A stretch of 64,000 nt of DNA, from assembly GCA_964016885.1 (NCBI GenBank), contig OZ024743.1, forward strand, positions 146,878,001-146,942,000, read 5' to 3'. The notes beneath the pieces were generated by a model, which saw only the letters and a list, made by a program, of their open reading frames with translations, searched no databases and had not been told where the DNA came from. The position numbers and the translations under genes are program-made. This DNA comes from Eledone cirrhosa (taxonomy: Eukaryota). Within the stretch, counting starts at the first letter, position 1; every line of letters starts with the position of its first letter. This document shows positions 25,101 to 40,289 of the stretch, one piece after another.

Positions 25101-26219
25101 CACAAGACCATGCCAGTTGGTAACTGGCAGCATGTAGAATATGTCTATCACTTGAACACACGTGAACACTGTGTAATGAACCCTATCATTTACCCCTAAC
25201 CTCCTCTTACATCACCTCTTACAATATTTACGGTTTATTCTATTGTTTCGCTTTATTGTTTTATTCTTCAGAGTTTTAAAGTTTTATTGCTTTCATATTA
25301 TTGCTCTACCGATTACTTCCTCCAATAGCAGATGTGTCCAACCCCGACATATCCAAGCAGAAGCTATGAGACATTCAAGGAAATTGCAACACATTCCTCA
25401 TGAAATTCTAGTACTATCATTACTACAACTACTAATGGTTCTGTGACTACTAATGCTACCACTATGCCTGAAGAAGTAGTCTTGCCACCGCTACTAATAC
25501 TACTACCACAGATGTTACCACGGCTACTGTTGTAAGACAGAAGCAGTTGAAGTCATAGCCGTGGCTGCGGTTTAGAGTACTGTTGTTGTGGGTGTTATTG
25601 ATACTGCCGTAGTTGTTGTTATTGTTATTGTCACTGTTGCCAGAGTGGAGTTGTTGGTGTGGTTATCGCTGCCACCGCCACACCACTGTAACTCTAGTGT
25701 TACACCCACCCCCACCCTAACCAGATATAGACATCGATAATTGATACCCCAGACTGTTTGCCTTACCAATTTCACGACCAGTTTCACGACTATCCAGCAC
25801 CACTTAGTGACCCCTCCCCCAGGCTGTATGACAACATCTACCCCGCCATACTACTGCTGTTCTCACTGTCGCCAACTGTGTTGTTTTAGTTGTTATTGTT
25901 GTTATAGTTGTTGACCGTAATCGCTAGGTTTTATTTCATCTCTATTTTGTTTCTTTTATTTTTCTTTGTATTTATTTATTGGCATTTATACCTTATCCAC
26001 TTGTCTATTTATTTATTCATCTCCACACACCAAAAAATAAAGGGATCACTTGACTTCTTTCAACGGTTGGAATGCGTTCTGCACCTACTAATGCATATCT
26101 TGAGATGTTGGTGCAGCATCCGGCCCATTGGACCCTGAGCTGATATATATTAAAACAACTGTCATATGCAATAATGTTCATTTATGGTGAAACCATGACT
26201 TCCTGCTTACTTGTGTATA

Positions 26220-26271
<52 letters not shown>

Positions 26272-26305
26272 AATATATATATGTATATAAATATATATAT
26301 ATATG

Positions 26306-26376
<71 letters not shown>

Positions 26377-26482
26377 GTAAAAGATTAAAAAACCAAGATG
26401 TTAAGCAAGTCAAGTCCGTGGGGGTGAGTTTGAATATAGATATTTAGGTCAGTACTACAACAACGCTATACGAAGTATGTAC

Positions 26483-26598
<116 letters not shown>

Positions 26599-26599
26599 T

Positions 26600-27600
26600 T
26601 AGTTTCGCAGCAAGTTAGCAAACCATATTCGAGGACACATGTTTCACCAGAAGTATTTTCAACCTGTGTATGGCTGCTGTGAGAACGGAAGTATATATGA
26701 GCTGACTGGATTCTTTGTGGCAGATGTCAGTAGTTTGATGACAAGAGAGATAACTCAAATTAGACTGTTATTGGGGGGTGGCACCTTACGTTTGTGTTAG
26801 TTCCGTCTGGGTTAAACCTCTGGTTATCCTGGGTCCTTCCAGTTTCTTAACAAACTTCACAGCATGAGGGCAATGATTAAAAACTCTACTTTCGTGTTAA
26901 TGCAAGTACTGTTACGTAACCTCTGTAAGATATCCACTCTTTTATCCATACACAACTTACAGGACATTGCTCCATTTCGGCATGGCCTGGATTTTGTTAG
27001 AACTTTCCATTGAATAGAGAAATTCACGTCAACATCCTTGAGTAACCATACTTGGCAATATTTTTAGCACAGGAATTTTTGAGTTTCATCCTATGTCTAT
27101 TAAAGATACGTCTGTATTTATGTCCTATAGAGAAGTGCTTGCCTAGGAGTGCCAAGAATTTCTTACCTACATTAGTTCTGACTCAAAGTGAGAAGGGTGG
27201 GCAGAACCAAATTATTTTTATTGCTACTTTTCTTTCTACTGGTAATGTAATTAAGAGGGGAGTAAGTAATTTTATTGGAGAAGCTGCTATTGGCTAATGC
27301 AGTCTTATAATAAGGAGGTGAACCACTTAACAACAGAGTCACTGTTTTCCCACTGGGACAGGTTGGATTTCTTCCTAATGGTCCTAACTAGTTATCTAAG
27401 AATATATTTGCTAACTAGCCCCATTTCTCTACGTGTTGAGTTCAACAGTCTACAAGTGGGGCTTAGTAGCAAAATCGGCCTTGTGAGCCTTAAGGGGGAA
27501 AAAGGCCTCATGATTAGCTAGACATTCTAGTTTCTTATTTACATGAAGGGTGGAGGCTAAGTGCTTGACATCTCTAATGAGAGGTCAGGTTTTTTTGTAT
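26600..27600 (-). mobile_element. Penelope-like element remnant (linker and GIY-YIG end, internally deleted)
   Basis: Minus strand reads KIIWFCPPFSL*VRTNVGKKFLALLGKHF...RIFNRH..K...SCAKNI, then WLLKDVDVNFSIQWKVL..SRPCRNG..SCKLC and INTKSRVFNHCPH. Confidence 0.75.
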
Positions 27601-27684
27601 TTTGACGTTAAAGTTTTTCGTACCAAGTGGTTGTAAGTCCTTTGGTCAACTTCATAAATGTTGTTGGTCATATATATATATGTG

Positions 27685-27757
<73 letters not shown>

Positions 27758-28869
27758 GCAATCATTCTTCTCATTACAATTACAATTTTTATTGATTAAA
27801 ATTTATTTTGAGTGCACCAACTTAAGTATAGCCATCTCTACTTGACTGTATGTTCTTGATACAGCAGGCATACTTGGGAAATGTTTCTATATTTTAATTT
27901 ACCTAATCATTTAATTATATTCACACAAAAATCTATGATCATTAATTTATCTAAAGTCTTGATAGCTTTGATTGAACTTTTCTGGGATGATTTAATATGA
28001 CTTAAACATGTCAGGAGTTGTTACTATACAATCCATATTTCCTAATCACATGGCTATGTCTGCCCCTACATTCATCTAGATTTAATTTTATGTTTGTATT
28101 TTGTATTATCGAATATCAAAGTCTGATTTTTTGCAATCATGAGATCTTGAGTTTGACTTCACTTTATGGCATCTTCAGAAAAGTTTCTTCTATCATAGTC
28201 TCAGGCCAACAAAAATATTATGAATAAAATTGGTGGAAATTGTTGGAAAGCCTACTAAGAAGCAGGGAAAAAGCGGACGTAAAATGAAATGATGATGATA
28301 TATATATATATAGAATTCACAAGAATCAAAGCTATGTTCAAAGCATTTATTCACTTACAATTGTTTCATCCAAACCTAGGCTTGGAGTCTTCGGAGCATT
28401 TTTCAATGTTTGTACACATAATTGACCTCCTTTCCAACGCAAGAGACATACAGATACATATGTATATATTGATGTACAGTGGGGTGACATATATTATATT
28501 ATATTATTTCTGTATAGCAATTCAAATTCAAAATCAAAATAAAACAAAATTTAAAAACAAGATTAAAATACATTCGGCAGTTAACATAGATAATGCAAGA
28601 GGATAGTTTGTTAGTCAGATGTAGTAGTTATTGTATGCGTTAGTTACACGTGGGCCATGCACGTGTGTCTCATTTATATACATAGTATATACATAACCAT
28701 AAATAGTATCCTTAATATTATATATATATATATACACACACACACATATATATGTATATATATACGTATATATATATACATGTCGACAGTTGATCGACAA
28801 GATCCCAGACCTCATTTGCTTAATGAGTTGGATGGAGCTTGTCAAATCAGACTGAGGAAACAATATTTC

Positions 28870-29040
28870 TATTGGTCTTTCCAATTGCTAATACTATCTG
28901 TTTGTTGCAAATCCAGGCAGAAGAAGCAACATGATATAAAGTGTCTTGAGCAAGGACATAACGCATTGCCCGGTCCGGGAATTGCAATCACAACCTCATT
29001 ATTGCGAATCCAATTCTCTAACCACTCAGCCATGTGCCTT
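28870..29040 (-). mobile_element. tRNA-derived CORE-type SINE (further copies about 29250-29342 and 53500-53665)
   Basis: TGGCTGAGTGGTTAGAG A box, a B-box-like element, and a GTCCTTG..CAAGACACTT core. Confidence 0.7.
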
Positions 29041-29366
29041 CATATATATACATGTATCATCATCATCATCATCATCATCATTTTACGTCCGCTTTTCCCT
29101 GCTTGCAAGGGTGGGACGGGAACTGATTCTGGCTAGATTTCTACAGCTGGATGCCCTTCCTAACACCAACCTCATTTACAGTGAGTGGTGGGTGGTTTTT
29201 TGCCGTGGCACCTCCACGACCACTGGAGCAATGTGAAATAAAGTGTCTTGCTCAAGGAACAAACACATCACCCGGTCTGAGAATTGAACTCACAACCTTT
29301 CGATTGCAAGGCCAATGCTCTAACCACTAAGCCATGTGCCTCCTGTATATATACATGTATATATAC

Positions 29367-29423
<57 letters not shown>

Positions 29424-29489
29424 TGTATATAATTATATCTATCTATCTATCTATCTAATATATATATATATACACTTCATTTTTGAATT

Positions 29490-29945
29490 TGTTTTGCAAG
29501 ATTTCTTATCTAAAAACGTGTGTTGAAACAGATATTGTTATAATTTGGGAGGGTCATGCTGGCAATAAAAGCACACGCACCTGTTGGTTTCCACTTCAAT
29601 ATATTATAAATTTCCGGTTGATTGGTTCGATAACCAGATGGTAGTCAAAGCTCTTTCGTCACACATTCTGTGACCTCCTCAGTGACTGGGTTTTTATTTT
29701 GTGTCTCTCCTTTGTTCTGTCCTACACCATCTTGTTTTGGCATAGGACAGAACAAAGGAGAGACACAAAATAAAAACCCAGTCACTGAGGAGGTCACAGA
29801 ATGTGTGACAATAGAGCTTTCACAATATATAAACAATCATCCAGTTATTGAAGCAACCAACCAGAAATTTATAATAAATTGAAGTGAAACCCATCAGGTG
29901 CATGTGTTTTTATTGGCAACATGACCCTCCAAAAGTATACAATTT
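29490..29945. mobile_element. Solo fold-back of a Penelope pseudo-LTR
   Basis: About 29535-29724 is inverted at 29743-29945 with an 18-nt loop. The same sequence forms the end of the PLE at 51616-51845. Flanked by (TA)n. Confidence 0.85.
29643..29687 (-). ncRNA. Minimal type I hammerhead ribozyme
   Basis: AGTCA-CTGAGGA-g-GTCACA-gaatg-TGTGAC-GAA-AGAGCT-T-TGACT. The mirror copy near 29780-29822 has GAAA mutated. Confidence 0.75.
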
Positions 29946-31451
29946 ATATATATATATCATCATTATCATCATCATCATCATCATCATTTCACGTCTGCTT
30001 TTCCCTGCTTTCAAGGGTTGGACGGGTCCTATTCAGCACACTTATATATATCACCATCATCATTGTAATTTCTATGCCTGCTTTTAAAGAGGGCATGCAT
30101 TGGATGGATTGTCACAGTTGAAATCAGACAGGTTGCGCACCCTCGTGTTGTTCATATGCTCCATTATTTGACATAGGTTCCATGGCTGGATGTCCATTAT
30201 AATGTCCACCACCTTACAGAGTCTACTTGGTGCATTTGTTTTTTGGAACCAGTTCTCCCATTTTACAGAATGGACTGGGTGCATTTTATCATTGAATCAG
30301 GGCAAACACTTTATACACACATTTTATATAAGTATACAGAAGCATACTTTGTAATTTACAAAGTAGTATTAATGTTTGGTGGGTGCTTATAATAACAATC
30401 ATCAGAGGGTGGTGCTCGTTATCAGACTCAATCAATTCACTTATTTTCCAGAGTGAACTTATTATAACTGATTGGGGCACAGAGAACAACTTTCTCATTA
30501 GAAAATACAACACAATTTGGTATTAACTCTTCTATTTAATACACCAGTGCTGTACTGCACTCTTGTTTTCAAATGCATTACTCTGCCTATGCATGCACGC
30601 TTATGGCTGTGTGTGTGTGTATGTGTGCATATGTATGTGTGTATGTGTTTCTGTGAGTGTTTGTGTTGTTTTTTTTTCTGTGTGTATGTGTTTACATGTA
30701 TATTTATGTGTGTGGCTGTGTGTGCTTGTGTCCTTTGTCACATATACATATGTTACCCCAGCTGCTGAGTGTGCACACCACTAATTCATGGGATGAAGGA
30801 AGAGAAAAAGAGAGAGTAAGAAGAGGAGGAGGAGGAAGAGGAGGGCGTTGATGACAACTAGACCTTGAGGGTAGGGTGGGCCTACGCAAAACTCTGATTC
30901 CTCTGCCATCACCCACCCACGTTCTGCCATTCATCAGTATGTACAATATATGCAATACACTGCCTCTGGCTATTGAACATTTTAAGTTTGCTCTCTGCTC
31001 TAGCTTTTACTCTCACTCCTCTCTTTCTTTTTGGCCCCCTCTCCCTCAGTTTCCTAGCTTCACCCTCACTAATTCTTTTCTTTGTCTATCTTCATTTATG
31101 TTTTTTCCTTTTTTCCTTTGTATTTCTTGCATTATCTCTTTCCCCCTTTAGTCTCTCATCAACTTTCATTTCCCCTCTCTTTATACTTATCTCTGTCTCT
31201 CTCAATCTCCCCCTCTCTCATACTCACATGCTATCACTCTATTCCTCCACTTTCTCAAATCCTCTATTTCTCTTTTTCTCTCTCATTTCATCTTATTCTC
31301 ATCTCTTCTAAATCCCACTCCTTCCTCTTCTCCCCACCATCTTTATTTCTGCTCAACCCTTTCTCTCCATCTTCATTACTCTTACTCTCTTTTCCTCTAG
31401 TTTTTCTTTCCTTATTTCTCTTTCATTCTACCCATTTTCCTCTCTGCGCGT

Positions 31452-31492
<41 letters not shown>

Positions 31493-31501
31493 AACATATA
31501 A

Positions 31502-31534
<33 letters not shown>

Positions 31535-31634
31535 TCCACACATCTCACTCACTCCCTTACCACTTACTGTATATCTAACCCTCACTGCTTTTATCTCTCC
31601 AGCCTAGCTCTCCCTTTCCTCACACACTACTTTA

Positions 31635-32263
<629 letters not shown>

Positions 32264-32485
32264 TTCAATATGATAGAAGCTGGCTGTGCTACCACTGATA
32301 ATTTACACAATGACAATTTACTATGTTGCCACGTTAACTGTTTGCTCTCTAATTGCAATAATTACAAATTGTGCTGTAATCACAAAATGGCTCTTGACTT
32401 GCCGGCAGGGAAATGGCAACGGGAAACATGGTGGAAACAACATCAATCATGCAGCAACAGCAGAAACAACAGCAACATCATCTCT

Positions 32486-32522
<37 letters not shown>

Positions 32523-32609
32523 CCATTATTATCATCATCACTAGAAACACAATCACCACCACCACCACCACCACCACCACCACCATCATTATCAACAGCA
32601 ACATTAATA

Positions 32610-32830
32610 TCAACAATGAGCTAACGAAAGGAAGCTCTATGTGGTTGCTCTACCTACTAGAAATAACAGCTAAATATGCCTCATGTCAAACTTTACCATC
32701 TTAAAAAATAAGGACATATTAGATTATATGAACAAGAGATGGGATGGTCCAAACTTGAATGCTTTTGAACATAAGTTTATTTAATCAGAATTGACATGGG
32801 GCTAAACATGATCATCAGCAGAAATAACAG
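32610..32830 (+). repeat. Old dispersed ~200-250-bp repeat with a (CAA)n-like tail
   Basis: CTAGAAATAGCAGC...GAATGCTTTTGATCATA...GGGGCTAAAC pieces recur near 10110, 16830, 17560, 33280, 34150 and 43500. Confidence 0.5.
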
Positions 32831-32850
32831 CATCTACAATAGTCAAAACA

Positions 32851-33898
32851 ACAGTAATAATTGTTTCTACTTTTGGCACAAGGCCAGCAATTACCCAGTG
32901 CATTACTGGTACTTTATTTTATCGACCCCGTAAGGATGAAAGGCAAAGTTAACCTCGGCGGGATTTGAACTCAGAATGGAAAGGGCCGTAACTCTTTGCG
33001 TCAAAGCATGTCGCCCGACCCTCTACCGATACTGCCAATCCACCGCCACAGTAATAATTGTTTCTACTTTAGGCACAAGGCCAGCAATTACCCAGTGCAT
33101 TACTGGTACTTTATTTTATCGACACCGTAAGGATGAAAGGCAAAGTTAACCTCGGCGGGATTTGAACTCAGAATGGAAAGGGCCGTAACTCTTTGCGTCA
33201 AAGCATGGCGCCCGGCCCTCTACCGATACTGCCAATACACCGCCAGAGAAATAACGAAAAAATATCTACAAGCCAGCAATGGAGCTTCTATGAGGTCACT
33301 TGATTTGCTAGAAATAGTATCCAATACTCTTTCAAATCACACTTTATTATCTTTAAATGGTTAATATAGATTGTAGTAAGGGCGGTGAATTGGTAGTATC
33401 GGTAGAGGGTCGGACGCCATGCTTTGACGTATAGAGTTACGGCCCTTGCCATTCTGAGTTCAAATCCCGCCAAGGTTAACTTTGCCTTTCATCCTTACGG
33501 GGTCGATAAAATAAAGTACCAGTAATGCACTGGGTAATTGCTGGCCTTGTACCTAACGTAGAAACAATTATCTTTAAATGGTTAATATAGAATGTAGTTT
33601 AGGACATTACTTGAATGCTTTTGATCATAAATCTGCTCAAGTGGGGCTGACTCTGAGTTAAACAACAAGAATAACAACAATAATGACTACAACAACAAGA
33701 GTAATGATAACTGTTTCTACTTTTGGCACAAGGCCAGCAATTACCCAGTGCATTACTGGCGCTTTATTTTATCGATCCTGTAAGGATGAAAGGCAAAGTT
33801 AACCTCAGTGGGATTCGAACTCAAACCGTAAAGGGGCGTAACTCTATGCTGCAAAGCATGGCATCTGACACTCTACCAATATTGCCAATCCATTGCCC
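32851..33898. mobile_element. Cluster of four SINEs: tandem pair on - (32858-33047, 33055-33245), + copy (33380-33570), - copy (33710-33898)
   Basis: Near-identical ~190-bp copies of the GCCTTTCATCCTTACGGGGTCGATAAAA family. Confidence 0.9.
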
Positions 33899-34240
33899 AA
33901 CAGTAATGACAATGTGATGGAGAAATATGAAGGTTGGTAAGTTGATTCTTTTCCAAAAGACATTAACAGTGTAAGGGGAAATTTTCATTGAGAATTAAAA
34001 CTGAAATCTATGAGAAGGACTCACTTCCACCCAAAACATCCAATATAACTAACAGAATACGAGGAACACCTTACTGATGAGCTAAATGGTAAGATTTACT
34101 TAAAGGATATCAACACTGAAATCACTCATTACTACAAAAACCTCACAAGGCAACGATGGAGCCTCTATGTGCTTGCTAGAAATAGCAGTTAAATCTCTTT
34201 CAAATCACACACTGTCATCTTATAAAAAGCAAATAGAGTA

Positions 34241-34545
34241 GATTGAGTGAGACCTGAGGCAAATGGGGTAGAAGGGGTAGAATGAGTAGGACTTGAGGAC
34301 TTGTAGCAACTGGAGAAGATTGAGTGAGACCTGTAGCAAGTAGGGAAGATTGAGTGAAACCTGTAGCAAATAGGGAAGATTGAGGGAGACTTGTAGAAAG
34401 TAGGGAAGATTGAGTGAGACTTGTAGCAAGTAGAGATGATTGAGTGAGACTTGTAGCAAGTAGGAAAGATTGAGTGAAACCTCTAGCAAGTAGGGAAGAT
34501 TGAGGTAGACTTGTAGCAAGTAGGGAAAATTGAGTGAGACCTGTT
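34241..34545. repeat. 30-bp minisatellite (about 9-10 copies, degenerate extension to about 34890)
   Basis: Unit GATTGAGTGAGACTTGTAGCAAGTAGGGAA. Confidence 0.9.
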
Positions 34546-34574
34546 ATACCTGATCTGAATGGAGTATGACCTGT

Positions 34575-34737
34575 CATCATCATCATCATCATTCGTCGAC
34601 TACTGTCGAGATGATGGATCTCACTCTCATGCCCCAGAATTCCCTGTCCCTCATCGCTGCCCCCAGGTCCTGTCTACTGATTCCCGTATCCCTAGAGATA
34701 ACGTCAGGGAATGACAGCTTCCTACTCCTAGTCAGGC
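34575..34737 (-). mobile_element. 163-bp 5'-truncated RTE-like LINE end with 15-bp TSD
   Basis: Minus strand reads PDVISRDTGISRQDLGAAMRDREFWGMRV..., then (TGA)n. TGGAGTATGACCTGT at 34560-34574 and 34738-34752. Confidence 0.75.
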
Positions 34738-37065
34738 TGGAGTATGACCTGTAGTAACTGCGACTTGTAGTATGGGACTTGTAGCAACTGATACTGACTG
34801 AATAGGATGGATGGAGTGGGACCTGTAGCGATAGATAGAGGTAGTATTATGTTTTGTGGCTACTAATATGAACAGAGTAGGACTTGTAGAAACTGAGGAG
34901 GAATATATTAAGTATCATTTGGTGTATATGCAAAGTGAAAGTTGTATGTACTTGAGAGATAGTCTAACTGAAGATAAGTTGTAAAAGTAATACAGTATTA
35001 TATTTAAAGACACATTGTTTAGTGATCAGAATGTTGGAGTTATCATCATAGGTTCTATCATGAAAAGTAATGTGTCATAAACACAATGTGACACCTATCA
35101 TGGAAGAGTAGAATATAATGTTTCAGTTCCTTGCCTTTTAGCGAAGAAAGCGAGAGAGAAAAGGATAGAAAGATAGAGCAAAAAAAAGTTAGAATGTGGT
35201 GGTCATAGGATGTAGCCAAGTATATGGGAAATATTTTATTTACTGTCTAAATAACGGCATTACTGTTTCTCTTTCTTCATCACTCTCAGATGAAAACAAG
35301 AATCTGAATTGTTAAATTCTACACTCTTTAAAGCAAGTAAACTTATTGGATTATTCTACTAACTCTCTTATTAACTAATTGTTTATTAATGTAGACCCTC
35401 AGATTCTGGATTTTACCTTAGCATTAACCAGTCAAAAGAATTCTGTAGTAGATCAAAGCATCCTAATAGCCATAAGTAAAGTATTCCATAATTTACTATA
35501 CATACTTTCCTTTAAACTAAGGTCACTGATATTAAGTAAGTTTTAAAATGATTTCTTGGAACCCTAAAGAATTGGCAGAAGAAAGATATTTGAACAATAA
35601 ATATCATTTTTAATTTGGATGAGATTTTAAAAAACACATATGCTCCATTATTGTAGAATGATGAATGTATAGCCAATATTTTGATTAACTTTTGGTTACC
35701 CATTGACATATGAGGTTACATATATTTAATTTTCAATCAATCATAATCATAATTAATTAAAATATAAACATCTTAGGTTCAGGAAGTTTTGCAAAGGATA
35801 TGAACATTCTATTTCTTCTAAACATATTTTAAGTTTTATGAGGTCAATTAGAACAAAAGGCAATGTAAATAAATCTAAACAATGATCACTGATGGTAATT
35901 TTTTAGTAAATACTAATTCTAAAATTATATGTTTTTGGATGTATTGATTAATGCCCCATAGTAACAAGTAAGCTGACCATTGAACAAACTTTTTAATATA
36001 ATAGTTTCAATAGGTGAATGTATGGATACCATATCATGTCTGAAGTTTAGAGAGGCTAACCTGGATAACTCTGATGAGGAAAGGTCAAGCAAAAGAGTTT
36101 TGCTGATTAAGGTGCAGGTCTGAATGGGTAAAGAATTGTGTTATCACCCCATATATGAAGTTCAATTATAATGTAGATGTTTGCTTCTTCCAAAGAGAAT
36201 ATTTAATAATACAAGCTATCAGTTCATGCAAATATTAGGAATACTTAGTAACAGATGTTCTGAGAATGCTATCCGCAATACTAAAGTAATCAAGCTAGAA
36301 GAAGATACTTCTCATATTTTCTATTTGTTTAATGGCATGAAATTAGAACTTAGCACAAAGCCTACAAAAAATACAATTGTTTATTGGTTAAATTCTGACA
36401 TTGATGATTAAAAAAACAACAGCATAACCTTTGGCTAAATACAATTATTTGGTGCTATATGCTACCACTGTTGACTAAATGTAACACTTTTTTTCTCCAT
36501 ATGCAGTCAAACATTATTTTATTTATATATTTATTTCTTTACATTAGACATTATCACTTATTTTAAATAAATCTGTTTGACGATGCATGATGAAAATTCC
36601 TCAAAAAGTTTCAAAAGAATATTTCAGTAATTTAATTAAAATTATTTCAAATATTTTTTTAATTTGAATTTTTCATCAAATAATTGTATTATGTAAAGGA
36701 GATATTTTATATAATAGCAAAGTAATACTGAACATTTTTTAAACTAATCGCAATGTAATTATTGTAAATTGTATATCCTCATAAAATAATCATTGTATTG
36801 TATATGATCAGAGAGTAAATCAACATATTTGCCATCATTTTGATCTTCAATGTTTTCAACAAACTCCAAAAATTTAGTACATTGTATTAAATTAATAATA
36901 ATAGTATTTAATATGTTTATCATACACATATATATATACATATATTTATTTCTCATGTATGTATGCATACACACACACACACACACACATATATATACAC
37001 ATATATATATATGCATGCATATATATACATACATATATATATATACACACACATATATATATATG

Positions 37066-37154
<89 letters not shown>

Positions 37155-37288
37155 AACATATATACACATACATATACATATATACCTGTTCATTTTTTCT
37201 GTTCTGTTTGAATAATATATATACATATGTATACACATACATATACATATATATATATATATACTTGTTCATTTTATTTTTCTGTTTG

Positions 37289-37383
<95 letters not shown>

Positions 37384-38431
37384 TATACATAGATACATAG
37401 ATGACAGAGAAATATCTTCTAATGTATTGTAATATCCTTTAATACTGTAAATGATTTTTTTGACCAAGTATCAATTAAAGAAATCATTGTCATTGAAATT
37501 ATTATCATTGTTTTCATCACCATCATCATTATTATTAATATTATCCTCCATTAATGAGATTAAAAAGAATAATTTACATTTATGTACATTGAATAGATAC
37601 CAAACTTCTAACTGTAGCAATATCGAATTGAAAATTTATATAAAATGTATAAAATCTTGATACAGGCTTATTTGATAAACGCATATCAATATTAATGGGT
37701 TTTAGAAATAGGTTTGAACAATGTATATATTCAGCCATGTGTAAATAGTTTAATGTTTTACTCTTTAGTTTTGCAGATTATTTTGGTCTTAAGTAATAAT
37801 TGAAGAATAAATATGAAAAAGTAAGAGAAAAGGAAAAGAAATGAGAAGGCTCAAAGTGATATTAACTGAGCATGTTCTGTTATGGCCAATAAAGTAATTA
37901 TTATTAATATAAGTTATGATATATATAATTACAAAATGAAGAAGATTTATCAAAGTTAAATTTACATTTAAGAGAATGTATATATCATTTTGGATATTTC
38001 AAATAGGACACTCATTTCAGTCTGGTACTTAGTTTATTAATATATAATTTATACAGTGACCAGGCAAACATATAACAAAACACTGGCTTTTTAACTGGCA
38101 GTGATGTACTAACATTTGAACATAATTACATCACAGACAAATGCATGTGCACACACAAACATAAAAACACACACATATACCTGATCATCATCATCATGCT
38201 TACATCCAAGATCCATGTTCTGAAGGGTAGGACATGACATTTTGAGGCAATATTCTATGTCCTGAAATCTATCTTTACATAATTGTTTTAAGTATGTTAT
38301 TTATTACACTGATTATCACACATCATGCTACAAACCTGTAAGATATAAAGAAATGGCCCCAGTTGTTTGAAGCAGCAATATGAACACATACTTGAAGACA
38401 CACACACACCACACACACATAATTACGTATA

Positions 38432-39372
38432 TGCAGTGGTGGAGGGTGCTCTGAAAGTACAGTAGCTAGAGTCAGAACTGGATGGAAAAAGTTCAGAGAG
38501 CTTATACCACTATTAGCCGCTAAAGGGTTCTCCCTAAAAGTGAAAGGCAGGCTGTATGATGCCTGCATACGAACAGCAATGTTGCATGGCAGTGAGACCT
38601 GGGCATTGTGTGCAGAGGATATACGCAGACTGGAGAGGAACGAAGCTTGCATGCTCCGCTGGATGTGTAATAGTAATATACGCGAACGGCAAAGCATAAA
38701 CGAACTAAGGGAAAAATTAGAAATAAAAGGGATCAGATGTTGTTTACTCGAGAGAAGGCTACGTTGGTATGGTCACATGATGCGCATGAAAGACGACAGC
38801 TGTATAAAAAAGTGCAGGGCAATAAAAATAGACGGTAGCCACGGAGTAGGCAGACCCAGAAAAACCTGGGACGACTTGATAAATTCCGACTTCACACACT
38901 TACACCTCTCCAAGACAATGTCACTGGACTGAGATCTTTGGCGCTACACAGTAATAGAGAAGACCCGCCTTACCTAAATACAAAGTAAAACCTACTACAG
39001 TCAGTAGGCACCTCTAACAAAATACACCACCGTCCCACTACCCCCACCCCATCCACACCACCCCTTTCAATGTAAAGTTATGTTGGTACCACATCATCCA
39101 GGCCGAAACAAATGAGGTCGTGTAGGTGTCACGACAAAAAAAAACACACAGTCCATGCTGTAATGTGGCCGTGCAGGTAACACGGTAAAAACCTCCCAGC
39201 CCCACACTGTAAATGTGGTTGGTGTTAGGAAGGGCATCCAGCTGTAGAAAACCCACCAGACAGTCCTATGCGAGCAAGACAACCACTCTTGCCTCAAGTG
39301 GAAAAACTCCTGTCCAAATCCATGCAAGCGTGGAATATGGACGTTAAGCGATGATGATGATGATGATGATGA
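38432..39372 (+). mobile_element. RTE LINE 3' end
   Basis: ORF 38540-38932 has MLHGSETW, MLRWMC, WYGH and GRPRKTW; matching 3' UTR and (GAT)n tail. Confidence 0.9.
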
Positions 39373-39399
39373 TATATACATACATCATCATTATCATCT

Positions 39400-40175
39400 T
39401 CATCATCATCCTTTAACGTCCATTTTCCACACTAGCATGGGTTAGATGGGTTTCCCGTTTGAGGCATGTCGGGTCAGGTGACCGTATCTTGTTCATACAG
39501 AACTGTTTCTGGTTTGATTTCTACAGTTGGATGCCCTTCCTAAAACCAATCACGTTTACAGTGTGTGCTGGGACTTTTTGTTGTGACACCTGCACAACCA
39601 CTTTACTGTAAATAATGGATGCATTTTGTCATGACACCTACACGACCACTTTTTTACAGTGTGGGCTTGATGCTTTTTGTTGTGATACCAACATGACAAC
39701 TTAACAGTGTAAGGATGGGAACAGAATGAGTAGGTGTGTGTTGGGACGTGGGAGATGCATGGAAGTGGGGTATACTGGTTAAGAAGTGCTTACTAGATGT
39801 ATGTTTCATTCCTTGCGCATGGGAAGGTGGGTCTTCTGTATTACTGCATAATGCCAAATATCTTGATCCTGTGTCATTGCCTTTGAGAGATGTAATTGTG
39901 CAAGGTCATTTTTTATAATCTCATCACAGGTCTTCCTGGGTCTTCCTATTTCAAACTTCAAACTTCCGTCAACTTTTATCATCCTGCACCTTTTTATACA
40001 GCTGTCATCCTTCATGCATCACATGATCATACCAACGCAATCTCCTCTCTAGTATATCTCATCTGATCCCTCTTATGCCCAATTTCTCTCTTAGTTCATT
40101 TACACTTTGCTGTTCGTATATATTACTATTACACATCCAATGAAGAATGCAGATTTCATTTCTTTCTGATCTTTG
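39400..40175 (-). mobile_element. Diverged RTE LINE 3' end, tail-to-tail with the previous copy
   Basis: ORF 39806-40015: MKDDSCIKRC..GRPRKTCDE..DQDIW. Confidence 0.8.
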
Positions 40176-40289
40176 AAAGAACTCTTAACACAATGCCCAG
40201 GTCTCATTGCCATGCAACATTACTGTTCGTAAAATTTGCCCTTCATTTTAATATATACGTATATATAAACATTTATATATTACCCACCA

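Noticed and set aside
26620-26670. Hammerhead in the pLTR of the 26.6-27.6 kb Penelope remnant
   Set aside because: Only GAAACATGTGTC is recognisable. The core and stems are too decayed to call.
33380-33470. tRNA genes
   Set aside because: The A/B boxes belong to SINE heads, and no cloverleaf can be formed.
34241-34545. CRISPR-like array
   Set aside because: The units are contiguous with no unique spacers, there are no cas genes, and the context is eukaryotic.
36014-36111. Possible + strand exon, and a CTGATGAGGAAAGGTC hammerhead-like string
   Set aside because: The donor site is weak and the peptide is unrecognised. The motif has no stem II and no stem I.
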